In this document: positions 17,601 through 34,628 of the stretch, one piece after another | Layout: every line of letters starts with the position of its first letter | How positions within the stretch are numbered: the stretch's first letter is position 1 | From: the human T2T-CHM13v2.0 reference genome, Homo sapiens | Assembly (NCBI RefSeq): GCF_009914755.1 | Contig: NC_060929.1 | DNA length: 64,000 bases | Direction: 5' to 3' (one strand) | Program-made: the position numbers and the translations under genes | The notes under the pieces: generated by a model | Database searches by the model: none | Seen by the model: the letters and a program-made list of their open reading frames with translations, nothing else | Told to the model about the DNA's origin: nothing

Positions 17601-20600
17601 AAAAGTTAAACGAAATTGTTAGACCACCACCTAAATTAACCAGAACAAGAAAGAAGATTAAAATAAGCACAATCAGAAATGAAAAAGGAGACATTATAAT
17701 TGATACCACAGAAACACAACATATTATTAGTGACTAGTATGACCATATCTATGCTCACAAACCAGAAAACCCAGATTAAATGAATAAATTCCTTAATACA
17801 TACAATCTCCCAAGATTGAATCGGAAAGAAGTAGACACCCTGGGCAAAATGATAACAAGTTTTAACACTGAACCAATAATTAAAAATTATCCAATGAACA
17901 AGGGGCCCGGGACTACATGGGCTCACAACCAAAATCTGCCAGATGTACAAAGAAGAACTGGTACCAATCCTACTGTAAATGTTCTAAAAAATCAAGGAAA
18001 TGAGACAATTCTCTAATTTGTTCTACAAAGCCAACATTTCCCAGATATTAAAGCCAGATAAGAACATAACAAACAAACAAACAAACAAAAACACAAACCA
18101 ATATTCCTGACGGACATAAAAACAAAAATGCTCAAGCAATCAGGCAAGAGAGATAAATGAAATCCATACAAATTAGAAAATAAAAAGTCAAATTATCTGT
18201 TTGCTAACAATATCACGTTGTGCCTAGAAACTATTAAAGACTCCTCCAAAAAGTCCTAGAGAGATTTTACCAATGAATCCATTAAAGTTTTAGAATACAA
18301 AATCAACATACAAAAATCAGTAGCATTTCTACACACCAGTAACGATCAGGCTTAGATATAGATTAAGAAAAAATCCCATTTAGAATTGTTAACAAAATGC
18401 CTAGAAATAATGTAACTAAGGAGGTGAACGATTTCTACAAGAAAAACTACAAAACACTGAAAGGAATTATAGATGACACAAATGGTAAAATATCCCATGC
18501 TCCTACATTAGAATAATTAATATTATTAAAATGACCATACTGCCCACAGCAATCTACAGATTCAGTGTAATTCTTGTCAAAATACCAATGTTATTTTTCA
18601 CAGAATTAGAAATTAGAAAAAATAATTCTGACATTCATATGGCACCAAAAAAGAGCCTTAATAGGCAAATATATTATTGCCACAAAAGAACAAAGTTTGA
18701 GACATCAAACTACCTGACTTAAAATTATACTATTATATAGTATATAAATAAAGATGCATAGACCAATGAACCATAATAGAGAAAACCAAAATAAAAGCTA
18801 CATCTAATTGATCTTCGACAATGTCAACAAAATCATATACTGGGGAAAGGGTACACTATTTAATATATGGTGCTGGGAAAATTGGATACTTATATGCAGA
18901 AGAAAAAAACTGGACCCTTCTCATTATATTAAAAAAATTAAGATGGATTAAATACAGATGCAGGACTTGAAACTGAAAGTTCTAGAAGAAAACCCAGGAA
19001 AAACTCTTCTCAACAATGGCCCAAGCAAATAATTCATGATTAAAACCTCAAAAGCACACAAAAACAAAAATAGACAAATAGGACTTAATTAAACTAAAAA
19101 GCTTTTGCACAACAAAAATTATAATCTACAGAGTTAAGAGACAACCTCAAGCATGTGAGAAAATATTTGCAAACTATGCATCTGACAAAGGACTAATATC
19201 TAGAATCTTAAAGAACTCAAACAATTCAACAAGGAAAACCAAATAACCCATTTAAAAATGGGCAAAAGATATGAACAAACATTTCCCAAAAAAGAAATAC
19301 AAATGACTAAGAGACATATGAAAAAATATTAAATATCACTAATAATTGGAGAAAGGCAAATCAAAACCACAATGAGATACAACTTCATACCAGTCAGAAT
19401 GGCTATTATTAAAATGTGAAAAAATAACAGATGTTGGTGAGAATGTGGAGAAAAAAGAATACTTATACACTGTTGGTTGCAATGTAAATTAGTACAACCT
19501 TTATGAAAAACAGTATGGAGACTCCTTGACTCCTTAAAGAACTAAAAAGCCGTTTAATACAGCAGTTTCACTACTGTGTATCTATGCAAAGGAAATCAAA
19601 GTTAGTACGTAAAAATGATACGTGTAACCGTATGTTTATCACAGCACTATTCATAATAGCAAACATACAAAATCAAACTAAATGTCTATAAATTAATTAC
19701 TGGATAACTAAAATGTGATGCAGACACACAATGGAATACTATTAATATCAAGGAATAAAATGATGTCTTTGACAGCAACATGGATGGAACTGGATGCTAT
19801 TATTTTAGTGAAATAACTTGGAGAGTCAAATATCACGTTTTCACTTATAATTGGGAATAAAGAATGTGTTCACATGGGCACAGAAAGCAGAATAATAGAT
19901 TTTGGAGATTTAGAAAGGTGGGAGGCTGGTAGGAGGGTGAGGAATGAGAAATTTTCTAATTGGTACAATGTACACTATTCTAGTAATGGTCACACTAAAA
20001 GCCTGTATTCCCCACTATGCAATATATCCACGTAACAAAACTACACTTGTACTCCCTAAACCTATATAAGTATGAAACAAGTTGACAAAAAGCAATCATT
20101 TAAGTATCTGTCTCAAAAGCTGTAAGTATCGAAGCAAATCCAATGGAAATATGATAAAATTAAACAATATTGAGCAATTAATGCAACAGAAAAAAGTTTA
20201 AAGAATGTACAAAAGTGAAAACTTAGTTTATTTTGAAAAAGTAAAAATGTTAATTTTCTAACAAGGTTTATCAACTAAGCAGAAATGAAAGAACAATTAA
20301 TATTTATAGAAATGCAAAAGATGACAAAGCAAGTGATTTTACAGAAATAAAGAAAATTAGAGTGTATAATTATGAGATTTATACTTAAAAATTTAGTACA
20401 AATATATAAAATACAACTTACCAAACTGATAACAATATGAATACCTATGTATTTATGTACATATTATTATGGATGTGTGTGTGTGTGTGTATTGCATACT
20501 TCAAATCTCTAGATTTTAAGGAAGTACTTACTGATTTATTTTATAATTTAATAATTACATAATTTTTTAAAGTTTGGCATGATGTTTATCTCAAAATCTT

Positions 20601-22620
20601 AAAAGAACATTATATGAAAAAAACTAAAAATCTATCCCATAATCATATAATATATACTTATTTATATTATATATATAATTATTTAAAAACCAGCTCTATT
20701 TGTTAATGTTATTATGTTGGATATTTATTTGGTTTTAAAAGATTTGTTTTTCATTAAATAACAAACTAATATATTAATATCAGAATAAAGAAGAATGTGT
20801 GATTTACTCAGTGGATGTGGAAAAACATTTGATAATGTTGAAAATTAATCCACAATAAAAACTTGTAGCAAATAAAGCATGGATGGGAAATTTCTATACA
20901 ATTCAGAATATCTACAAGATACTTACAGCCATCATTACACTTAAGGTAAATTTTCAAAGCTTTCCTCATGAGATTCAGGAATGAGGCAAGTGTGCATATT
21001 ATCTCAGCTTCTTTTCATCGTTTTATTGTAGAATCCAGTCAGTGCAATAAGAAAAGCTCTCCCTACCCCATTCCAAGTAGAAAAAAAGATAAAAATCAAA
21101 AGGAAGAAAGATAACTTATTATTTACATGACATAATTTTGAATGCAGAAAATACATGATGTTCAAAATTAAATCACTGCAATTAATGGGTGTATATAGCA
21201 AGAACACTGCAAACAAATTCCATATAAAATTCTATGGAATTTCATACATAAGTGATTAATTACTAAAGTCAGATGTATAAAAATAATTAAATTTACACTA
21301 GTATCATAAAATATTAAATATCTAAGAATAAATGTACTGAAAATCATATGATTATTTTTTACTTAACAATTAAACATGGGGATAAATTTAAAGACATATG
21401 AATTGAGGTCAATAATGTATTCATGGAATGGAAATGAAATGTTTAAATTCTTCCCAAGTTAATCTATAATTCAGTGTAATAAAAAATAAAAATTAAAGCA
21501 GTTATTTTCATGACAATCACAAATTTTATAAAAATGAAAAATTACCAAGAATAGCTAAGATATAAGAATTTTACATTGGCTATTGAGTTACTACAAAGAT
21601 TTATTAATTCAGGGAATGTGGTATTGTCACAATGACAAATAGATAAATGTAACTATTAATAAAAAGATGAAATTGAATCTATATAGAGAACTGAGAAACC
21701 GTGTACAAATAAATGGTACCTGATTTACAGAAAATAAATCTGTTTATAATAGACATTCTACACAATAATAGTGTTGGATTGACTACACAGCAGCATAAAA
21801 AAAGAAACCTTTTCTCATACATCACAGAATACATAAAAGTAAATTCCAGATGAATTGTAGATTTTAATCTAAAGGGAAAAGCCATGACAAAAATATAAAA
21901 ATATCTTCACTACTTTGAAGTAAGAAAAACTTTTTTACATATGCTATGATATGTAAATTATGGTATGTTAAAATTAAAAAGTTGTTCACCATTACTTGCA
22001 TGCAAGGACAAAAAATGTCGTGGGTAAAAGATATTCCCAAATATAAAAAACCCAACATAGAATGCACACATTTTACATGCAGACAACACACACACACCAA
22101 ACATACATGCACATATACATATGGTTATATCTACTAAAGTTGAGCATATGAACTTTCTATGACGAAGCATTTCTACTCTTAGGGTATAGGTGATAGAATG
22201 CATATATACCTACCTACATACATATACACACACACACATACACATATATATGCACTTAATTTATATACAAGAACATTCATGAAGAAAATACAAAATGATT
22301 TTTGTCATTATGATATATATTAGTATTATGACACCAACAAATCTTCATGTCTTAGCAGGAAATGGCTAATGTATGGCAAATAATGGAGTATTCCATAAGC
22401 CTGAAAATGAAGGAATTTTACAGGAAGAAGTAACATGGATCCATATACAAAATACTATGAGTAAAAAAATATATATACTATACGTGATCTTATTTATTTA
22501 TAGTTTTAATACAATGAAAGTAAACTTATGGCTTTGAAATTCAGGATATGATTATTTTAGGGAAGGAAAGAGGTTGTAATAATTGAAGTGGGAAAGAAGA
22601 CAAGGTTCTAGGAAGCTAAT
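14620..22620 (+). mobile_element. Ancient L1M (L1MC/ME-like) ORF2 and 3' relic, about 14620-15490 and 20080-22620, interrupted by an L1MA
   Basis: A-rich sequence with colinear, degenerate L1 landmarks (agagtagacttcaatgcaag, tacaacttaccaaactga, gattcaggaatgaggcaag, tgtggtattgtcac). Confidence 0.6.
15740..20077 (+). mobile_element. L1MA2/3-like LINE-1 with 5'UTR piece, ORF1 tail, ORF2 and 3' end; large internal deletions near 16260 and 18135
   Basis: ORF2 start MTETKLHISILTINVNGL at 16487; 3' end tacaatgtacactattc..cactaaaagcc..ccactatgcaatatatccacgtaacaaaactacacttgtactccctaaa. Confidence 0.85.
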
Positions 22621-25600
22621 GATATTATACTACTTATTTTATGTTCACTTAGTGATACTGTATTGATTTTTGCACTTCTGACATGTGACTTTTCTAGAAA
22701 TGTATTTTGAAAGTATGTTTTATAAAACACAAAATCTACAGAAGATAATAGCTTCTGAATTCCATTAATGTATTAGAAATAGATCATAATAAATTAGAAA
22801 CGTCCATTGTTTTGCATTTTATGAATGCAATTTTTTTCAACTTTAGTAATCAAATGACATATTTTGTTAGTTTACCAAATGACATCAACAAAAATAACAA
22901 ATATACCAGTTCTAAAATATATAAAGTAAGAACAAATAATGGTGTTTAAAAATGGTAAAGTCTCTGGCAAAACAAGTAATCAATTGCAAATTAAATGAGA
23001 AAAAGCTAAAAATATTGTCATTATAATTATCTACAAAATAGGAATATACACTATCCCCATAGTTATTCAACATTTTAAAGATGTTTAACAAAATATGTGA
23101 TAAATATTTGTAAAGTATTCATTTCTAAATTTAAAGATGATCTAAAAATTCAATGATACCCTAGTAAGCATATTAAAATTATTAACAAAATTTGATAAAG
23201 TGGCAGTTATAATGTAAAAATTAAAAAGTCATAAACTTTCATTCTAGGTAAGAAAATATAATTATGTTACTCTTGTGTTATTAACTTTTTCAAAACAGAT
23301 TGTGATAGTTATTTTAAAAAAGAAAACGAAAACATATATGTAAGCCCCTAAATGACATAGTATCTACATATAGAAGTAAAAAAATATAAAACACAGGTTT
23401 GTTGAGCTCTATGTTTAGAAATAGACAGTGGAGGTCAAGAGTTTGTTTTCTGCTAGGTAAAATGGAGTGGAAGTGTTTCAACCTCATGCCTAAAGCAAGG
23501 CACTGTGGAATGAGAGCTTTGTTACTATCCAAATACTGAGCTTTCCTGCTTTCTGCCAAGTATTTTGACAGAAGAAAAATAACAGGTTAACAAACAAAAG
23601 GAGAAGATATTCATGCACTGAATGTGGACTGTTTTTTTGGTTCAATAGATATTAAAAAGTATAGACATGGGCTCGTGACCAAGAGCTGTACCAAAGTATC
23701 TGGCTTTTGAATATCTCCTGGATAAGCAAAGACAGAATATCTAAACTTTTTATTACCACACTGGCGTGTGGAACGAATGGTGGAGGCAACCAAAAATGAT
23801 AAGAGAGCAGCCAACATAAGCAACAACTGTAAAACAAATTCATTTTGGCCAGAGTTGTCACAATAGAAGATATTTAGAGATGATATTACATTAAGTTAAT
23901 TTGGGATGTTCAAAGTACTAAGAAAAAAAAAAAGGCCCAAAACCAAAACCAGCATACAAGTATGCAAAAAATTTTATACACATATACAAGCTCATTCCAC
24001 AGAATGGACAAATATGGAAGATTATCAGTCACAGACTTTCCTAATAGAACTATAAAATCATGTTAATTCTAGCAAACCTCTTAGATTTACTAAAAAACAT
24101 TTTTAATCGAGAATTCATGAATTAAAAAAATTAGAAATCACAAATGAGTACAAAAGTTGAAATAATAGTAATAGAAATATAATTAATAAACCACCGTATA
24201 ATATAAAGTTAATTTATCCCTAAGAAAAAGCAATTCTAAAATAAATAATAATGGGAGAGTTGTGCGTTCTAAGTTTTTTTCCTTATGTGGGGAGGAAAAA
24301 TGGAAAGAATAAGTACATATTTAGTTAGCAAATTAATGTATAAAGAGCAATGTTAATAACTTAAAATTAACCATTAAAGAATAAAGTTGAATATAAGGTT
24401 TCTAAACTAGCAGAAACAAAAAATAAAAAATGAATATTTTAAAATTATGAATTTAGTGAATGGAAGATAATAATAGAAGGAAATCAAATATGATATTAAA
24501 CATAACATAAAAAGGGCATGGTAGAAATAAATTCAAAAAAAGTATGCTTATGCAATGGAATACTATATGCCAGTCAATATGAAAAATATGTATAGATAAG
24601 AATACAGCCAAATATTCAAAGTAATATTATAAATAAGAGTTTCAAAAGTTTAGAGACAGTATGACAACAATTTTATAAAGATAAAATTTTGAAATGACAA
24701 ATAGAAACATCAAATTTACCAAAATAATTACATCTGAGGACAAAATATGTGGAGGAATTAAAAATAAGAGGAGAAATTCAAACAGAAACTTCACCATACC
24801 TAATGTTTTATATTTATATAAAATTTAAAGATCTAAAGACTAAATGACAAAGTTGTTGAGATTTAATAATGGATGATGAGTGTTTTAGTGTTAAACATAT
24901 TATTTTTATACTAATATTGATAGTGAACAAATATTAAAAATAATCATTAGATTTCTCTATTCTAATAAAAGCTAATTCTAGAAAAAATAATTTATTCAAC
25001 TACTAAAATTTATTTTTAAATATTTTGATATAAATAATTATTTAACTTTTGTTGACTGTTATATGAATTGTCTATATTTCTTTTTCTTAGGTGGATATAA
25101 TTCGTTATGCCAAAACCAATTAAGAAATAATTTTCTCCCATTAGTTTTCAATGGTATTTTAAATGTGGTATATATAGTTCTCATACATTCTTGAGTAAAT
25201 TAGGAGAATATTTTTCAAATCTTTAGCATGGTTTGGCCTTTCAAGCAAGGGAAGAAACCAGAAAGATCTTAAGAAAAATAGCGTAATTAATTTCATAAAA
25301 CATACTATTTTTAATATTAAAATAATCTATGAAGTAACAAGAAAAAATTTCAAAATAAGTGAAGTATATTTTATAGTACAGTCTAAGGTTTCATATTACT
25401 AATTTGGAAATAATCCTACAAAATCATAAGGAAAAAAACAAGCAATCCATTAGAAAAAAAGGCAAATGCAAAAGCAAACAATGAACATAAAAGGCTCCCT
25501 AAGAAACACCTGAGAAGCTGTCCTATCTAGCTAGTACTTTGAGAAAAGCAAAATGAATTAAAATAAAATAGAGATTTTCATTCATACGCTTGCTAAACCT

Positions 25601-25820
25601 TTTAAAACTCTATAACAATGAGAATTGTCAAGAGTGACAAAATTGTACATTCCATACCTGCTTGTGGGAATGTGAACTGCGGTAAAATTAGTAGGGTATT
25701 ACCCGGCAATATCTATTAAAAGTACAAATAGTTTTTTTTTTTAATTTCTTAAAATTTAAATTTGTTTCAGAATCATCTCAAGTATTACAGGAATTCTATT
25801 AATTATAATTCTTACATTCC

Positions 25821-26333
25821 TTTTTTTATATACTTTAAGTTCTGAGATACATATGCAGATCATGCAGATTTGTTACATAAGTATGCATGTGCCATGGTGG
25901 TTTGCTGCACCCATCAACCCGTCACCTAGGTTTTAAGCCCCACATGCATCAGGTATTTGTTCTAAGGCTCTCCCTCCCTTTGCCCCCCATGCACCGACAG
26001 GCTCCGGTGTGTGATGTTCCCCTCCCTGTGTCTAGGTGTTCTTATTGTTCAACTCTCACTTATGAGTGAGAACCTGCGCTGCTTGATTTTCGGTTCTTGT
26101 GTTAGTTTGCTGAGAATGATGGTTTCCAGCTTCATCCATGTCCCTGAAAAGGTCATGAACTCATTCTTTTTTTATGGCTGCATGGTATTCCATGTTGCAT
26201 ATGTGCCATATTTTCTTTATCCACTCTATCATTGATGGACATTTGGGTTGGTTCCAAGTCTTTGTTATTGTGAATAGTGCTGCAATAAACATATGTGTGC
26301 AGGTGTCTTTATAGTAGAATGACTTAAAATCCT
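25821..26333 (-). mobile_element. 5'-truncated L1PA8-like 3' end inserted in an old plus-strand L1ME relic (~25300-26560)
   Basis: T-tail plus tactttaagttctg..cacctaggttttaagccccacatgcatcaggtatttg, the L1PA8-type 3'UTR. Confidence 0.85.
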
Positions 26334-27253
26334 TTTAATACAAAATTCTAACTTTAGGAAATCTATGCTGTCAAAATAAAAGCAAGAATGCATAAATAAT
26401 GAAAATAATGTGTACTTTTTTTCCATTTTTTGTCCCAAATGGCAGAACAAAAACATCTGAAACTATTTACAGATATCAGTATAGTGCTTTATGTTATTAT
26501 GAACACAAAGAAATATATAAATGACAATGCACCAACTTTTTAAAATTAATTATTTATGAGTATGTGTGTGGTTCAGGAATAAAAGTAAATGTCAGAAAAA
26601 TTGCTAATACATTCTCTACATATCTGTATTTTACTTATTTTAGCAACTTTAAATTTTTTATACAAGTGAATAAAGTAATTTTTAAAACTTTAAATACATA
26701 TTAAAATAATAACATTAAATTAAGGTGAATATTGATGTTGTTTTGTAGATACCAAATCATTGTGGATAACATGAACATAATTCTGATTCATGTTTCCATA
26801 GGTTGTCTACAACTGGCATGCCTGTACTACCATGTGTGTTTGTGATGACTTAATTCTCCCAATGATTTTCTGTATTCTAACTATTGAGATACCTTTAATT
26901 TCAGCATATAGTGACATCACTATCATTTAAGTGTTAGAGGCTGACCTGTCTTTTAAATATTAAAACAATTCTTGTTCTTATTTGCTTGCAGTAACAAGAG
27001 AAGTTATACTTGGCATCAATGTAGTTATGTAGAAAAATGAATACACAGGTACTAAAAGATAGGACAAAACCTAGGGATAAGATAGTCTTCTAAAACATTT
27101 GTAGAATGTTGATATTATTATTATATATTTCACTATAGAGTAAAAAAAGTACACAAGTATCAAAAAACAATCTCATAGAATGTCTCAGACCCCTACAATT
27201 CATTCACTTTCTGTGTTCTGTTTACCCATTTGTGATTTCGGAAACATCTTTTC

Positions 27254-27292
27254 CAGTGGTGCGATCTTGGCCCACTGCAAGCTCCACCTCCT
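27254..27292 (-). mobile_element. 39-nt internal Alu right-arm fragment (AluY/Sc8-type GCAAGCTCC) between 11-bp direct repeats
   Basis: cagtggtgcgatcttggcccactgcaagctccacctcct flanked by GAAACATCTTT at 27241-27251 and 27294-27304. Confidence 0.8.
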
Positions 27293-30199
27293 AGAAACAT
27301 CTTTGATAGAAAATTATTTATGCAGACCGAGCTTCTTGCTTTGTGTAAACAGGTTCAATTATGCAAAAAAGTGTATATCTTACTAAGAATTTTTATAAAA
27401 TTATACGTGAAATTTTTTGTTCTGTTGTTTTTAAATTTCCTCAAAAGTTAAAGACACTTTTAACTTTGCATCTTGTCCAAACTCTCCTTTTTAGCACCTT
27501 GGCTTATTAAAATGACCTTAAACATTTTTTAGGACTAAATTGAATCTATTTTTAATGATTCTCTCTTCAACCCTAATACACTGTTAGAGCTCACCAGATA
27601 GCAAGAGAGACATGGTTAGTATTTGAAATTCATCTAATCAGCTCTCTTTAATGTGTTAAATCCACTAGTACTGAGGGGCATAAGAGGGAAAGTGAAAAGG
27701 ATAAAGGTTCCTTTACTTGTTTGGCAAATAGTTAATCCTTTTTAAGGCTGTTGCTGCTTTGTGACAAGGGCTGGCTTTCAAAAATCTGTAAGGGCTGGAT
27801 TCTGAATTTGTTTTCACTTTCAAATGTATTTGCGAGTACTTTGGAAGACCCTGTGTGGGACTCCACTTTGCACAGTTTTTGATGTAGAAGAACTTGCTTT
27901 GACTCATCTTCTCTATGCCTACCTCAGTTCTGTACAGATTGAAATTCCTCTTCAAAATGTGACTACCTTTCTTCTAGCCTTCCTTTCTATTGATTGAGGA
28001 ATGTTTATGATGATGATGGTAAAACTAGCGTGAGCACCTTTCAAAGGGGACCTGTATGAAAGTGGCTGAGCCCAATGGTTAGTGACTTTCCAAATGTTGA
28101 TTTTGGCTATTAAGAACTTTTCTCTCAACATAGGGCTTCAGTCACAACCCTGTTATAATAGAAAAAAAAATCCTGGTTATAAATCAGAATTGGTATTAAC
28201 ACTACCAAATTCTTCTGACAGTTTATAGTAATTTTTCTCATTTTAATTGGTTTTAAGATCACATATTGTCTAATTCTCTCTCACTGTCCTACTCTCCATG
28301 GAACATAAAGTGAATACAACTAATATTTCTTAGTGAAGACACTTCTAATCATGTTCCACACTCAGCCATTTGATTTGTGCAGTATTAAATGCATTTTAAA
28401 ATGATAATTTGCTTTCTAACTTTTTCTGTGTTTTTGACTGACATTTATCTCTCTCACATCTTTTAATATACAGGTTGGTGGTATTTACTTGTTAATCAAA
28501 ATTTATCTGTCTTTTCCACAGTACCATGTACTGGCTTAGGGAATAGAAAATCAACAATGAGCAAGATAGGCACTGTCCCTATCTCATGGTGTTATTTTTC
28601 TACAATTCTAGAGACTATTACATTAATTTGGTATTAGCATTGTTTCAGAGAGTGCTGGTATCAGATAGCTAAATGAAAATATAAGAGTATTAAAATGAGA
28701 AGTATACAGCCAGCACAATTTTTAATGTCCAAGGATAAATAAAAATATGACTTCACGCATTGTATCTCTTATGGCATTACTATTAAAAATGGCTTATGCC
28801 ATTTAAGTTTTAGAAAATAGAAACGTTTGGACTCTCATTTATAGATAGACTCTCTGTTCTATCATTTATCTGTACCAGATCAAACGTTTACCTTCCTTGC
28901 GCTTTGTTAACATAAAGTGATGAAGCATACTTCTGATGAATATAGGCTTTCAGAAATGTTAAACCATTGTCATAATGTTGTGCTGTAAATACAATTCCAA
29001 AACAGGGCAAAAAAAAAAACCTGTATTCCACCCTTAATTAACAGAAAGGCACACAGTGGCAAGAGCAAGTGCATAAGGCTGGTAATATGAGCAACTGTGG
29101 AACGCTAACAAATATGTTGGTAGTCTGAACACAATACAATGAAGAATATCTGGAACAGAGTCAGATAAATTAAAATATTTGTTCATTTATATCCCACATA
29201 GAACTGAGTACTGCTTAAGATTTTTGAAATCATACAAAAATAGGAACTAATATATGTCACAAACTTCAAAGAGATGCTCTACACCAATGCACACATTCAT
29301 GTAGAGTCCCATAAATGTATTACATTGTAGAGGGTTATTATCAGTTCCTAATATTTTTGTTTTTATTCATTATATGGACAATATGAGCTAAATATTTGTT
29401 TCAATTATTTAGAATATCAGTTGGATATAGTGGTACAAATAGTTACCTAATATTAAGCAATAAATTACTTTAAAACTTCTTGAAAAGTGTTTTTCAATAT
29501 GCATAAAAATGCTTTCATAATTACAGAATAATCATATGAAAGTTAGAAACCATAGTTTCTAGCACATTGCAAAATTTTCCCAAGTCAAAGAGTATTTTTA
29601 TGCTAATATTCTTAATAATTGTGTCTAGTTAAACAATATTATATTTATACCCTAACCTGCAGTCCTGAGATTATAAAAAAAAAAATCAAATCTACGTGCT
29701 TAATTTTTGGTTATGTTTATAACAACCTTAATAAATATTGCAAATAAACTAAGCAAACAAAAAATGTCCTTTCAAAGTTAGAATGGAACAAATCTTTACC
29801 ATTAAACAACTGGTCATGAGAGGTATTCAGAAGGGGAAGGCAGCCCACCACAGTGAAAGTAGCAAAATGTAGGGAGTACCGTTTTTCTTTGTTTGAAGGG
29901 TGTGTTACCTTCTAACATTTTTGTTGATTCCTTAGTAATATCATAGATTTAAGAAGCCTTTGAAAAGTAACGCATACACTGAACCATACATCCATAAATT
30001 TCTATTACAATTACCATTATTTCTGCTAGTGCATAAATTATAAATGAGTAGAAATAATTTTCAAATCTTTTACCCTCTCTAAGCATTAACGTGTCCCCAC
30101 TAAGGCTCCTTCATATACATTTCTATGGCGTAGTCATAATGTCTTAAAATAATTTCTTTATAAAACAAGTGTGTATATTATATATGTTACTCACTACTC

Positions 30200-30960
30200 G
30201 AGGCAGTGCTAATTTACCAGTGATCATGTAAAGAAAAACTTTTACTCACATGAAACATAAATTATATTAAATTAGATAGGAAACCCTAATACAACACAAA
30301 ATCAGCAAAATATGTAAGTTTTCAAAAGAATAATAAATACAAAGAAACTAAACAAGGAAAGGAGAGCAAGAATAATCAAGCAAAGGAGAAAAATAGGATA
30401 CCTCGAGAAAGATATATTAAAGAAATGACATTTCAGTGGCAACATGAAGTAAGTATGTGACCAGGCCATAATAATACCAGGAGAAATAAAATTGCAATGA
30501 AGGAAAACAGCAAGTGTAAAGCTCTGAGGTAGCAGCTTGCCTGGTATGTTTATAAACCAGCATGTAGGCCACTATGGCTTCAACAGAAAAAGGAGAGATA
30601 ATAATAGAAGATGAGGTCAAAGAGGTAACAGAAGGCTAGAAAATATATTTACTTATGGATCATTTTTAGGATACTGGCTTTTGCTCTTAGAGAGATGGAA
30701 GCTGCTAGGTTTTGAAACAAGAAATCTCAAGATCTGACATATTTTAGCAGACTCACTTTGGTGGCTGTATTATGAAGAGACTAAGGATGGTGAATAAAGG
30801 AAGGAGTAGAGGTACTATTTTGAAGTGTATTCGAGTAACACAGGAGAAAGATTTTGATAGGGTGGACTAGAGTGGTAGCAGAGTATCAACCAAGAGAATG
30901 TTTAAAATGCTGAAGTAAAGAAAATACTTTCAGCAACAGTTTTGAGGAGCTGTCTCAAAT
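30200..30960 (-). mobile_element. L2 LINE relic
   Basis: Antisense L2 phrases (aacagcaagtgtaaagctctgagg, gatgaggtcaaagagg, gatctgacatattttagcagactcactttgg). Confidence 0.7.
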
Positions 30961-31409
30961 ACTGTTGACGAGTCATCATTGTCATTTATTTGTCATCAAT
31001 GCCATCTATTCATCATTTATTACCTTGCCAAGAGCAAAAACTCATGCAGAGTAAATGTTTCCAGAAACCAAACTAGTAGTTTAAAAACCATGTGATTAGT
31101 CACTGCTTTTTATACATTGTGTTTCATCAGGAATTTTAAGAATTAGGATTATCATTAAAATTATCACAAAGCAATTTCTGAAACTATAATTTTATAGCTG
31201 ATTTTGTATCAAAATAGCTCAGAAATGTGATTTGTATCATCTAAATTAGCTCTTGCAGTTTAGTTTTTCAAAAATGAATTTTCAACCTGATTTTTCATCA
31301 AAAATGTTCAGAACCTTAATTTTTAATTTAAATTATCTCAAATGCAGTGTTTCTTTTATACCAGATTTATAGCAGATTTTTATTCAAGAATAGCTCAGAC
31401 ACTAACAAT

Positions 31410-32052
31410 CCATGAAAGACTTGGCTGATTCCAACTTTTTGGTTTCCACCTGGGTGCTCAGATAGGTATAATTTGCATTTTCATGGCTTAACGTTTATGG
31501 AGTCATTCAAAATACATATTTGTGGTTTTCCCACAGAGATACTTAAGTTCACTGGTATACTATCATAATACAGTATTGCAGAATGATGAGATTAATAACA
31601 ATTATGGGTAATTCAGTGCACTTATTGATGGTATTATAATTTTCTCCTCAAGAAATATATATGGAGTAGATAAAGAGTATAGCAACCTGTATAATGAGGA
31701 GAGGTCAGCTAATGAAACCAGCAAGACCTGGCTCAGTGGAAAGTTTTTGGAATTATGTGGACCAGAGAAATGAGAAATATCCTTCAAATTAGAAAAATAA
31801 ATTATTTTTTACTGATATTTCACTAAAAAGGAAGCCTAGAAACTCATGATACTCATTCATTTTGATAAAACCTCATTCTTTCCATGAGTTAGGCTGCCCC
31901 ATTCATTAATTCACCAAAATTTAAAATTGAAAGATCGATGAAGCAAAAATAAGCATTAAAGGACTTACAATGGTCTATGGCCTTGGCTATAAACTAACCT
32001 TCAGATGATTTTACATGGCATATAGAATCAAGTCATTAGCAAAACTAGAATG
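31410..32052 (+). pseudogene. Ancient ERVL-class pol, reverse transcriptase fossil (left part)
   Basis: Manual translation: DLADSNFLVSTWVLR*V*FAFSW (31418-31486), YIFVVFPQRYLSSLVYYHN (31513-31569) and in-frame LIDGII (31621-31638), matching ERVL DLANAFFSIP..FAFSW..YTFTVLPQGYINS..CHN..YIDDI. Confidence 0.7.
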
Positions 32053-32057
32053 CCACT

Positions 32058-34623
<2,566 letters not shown>

Positions 34624-34628
34624 CCACT

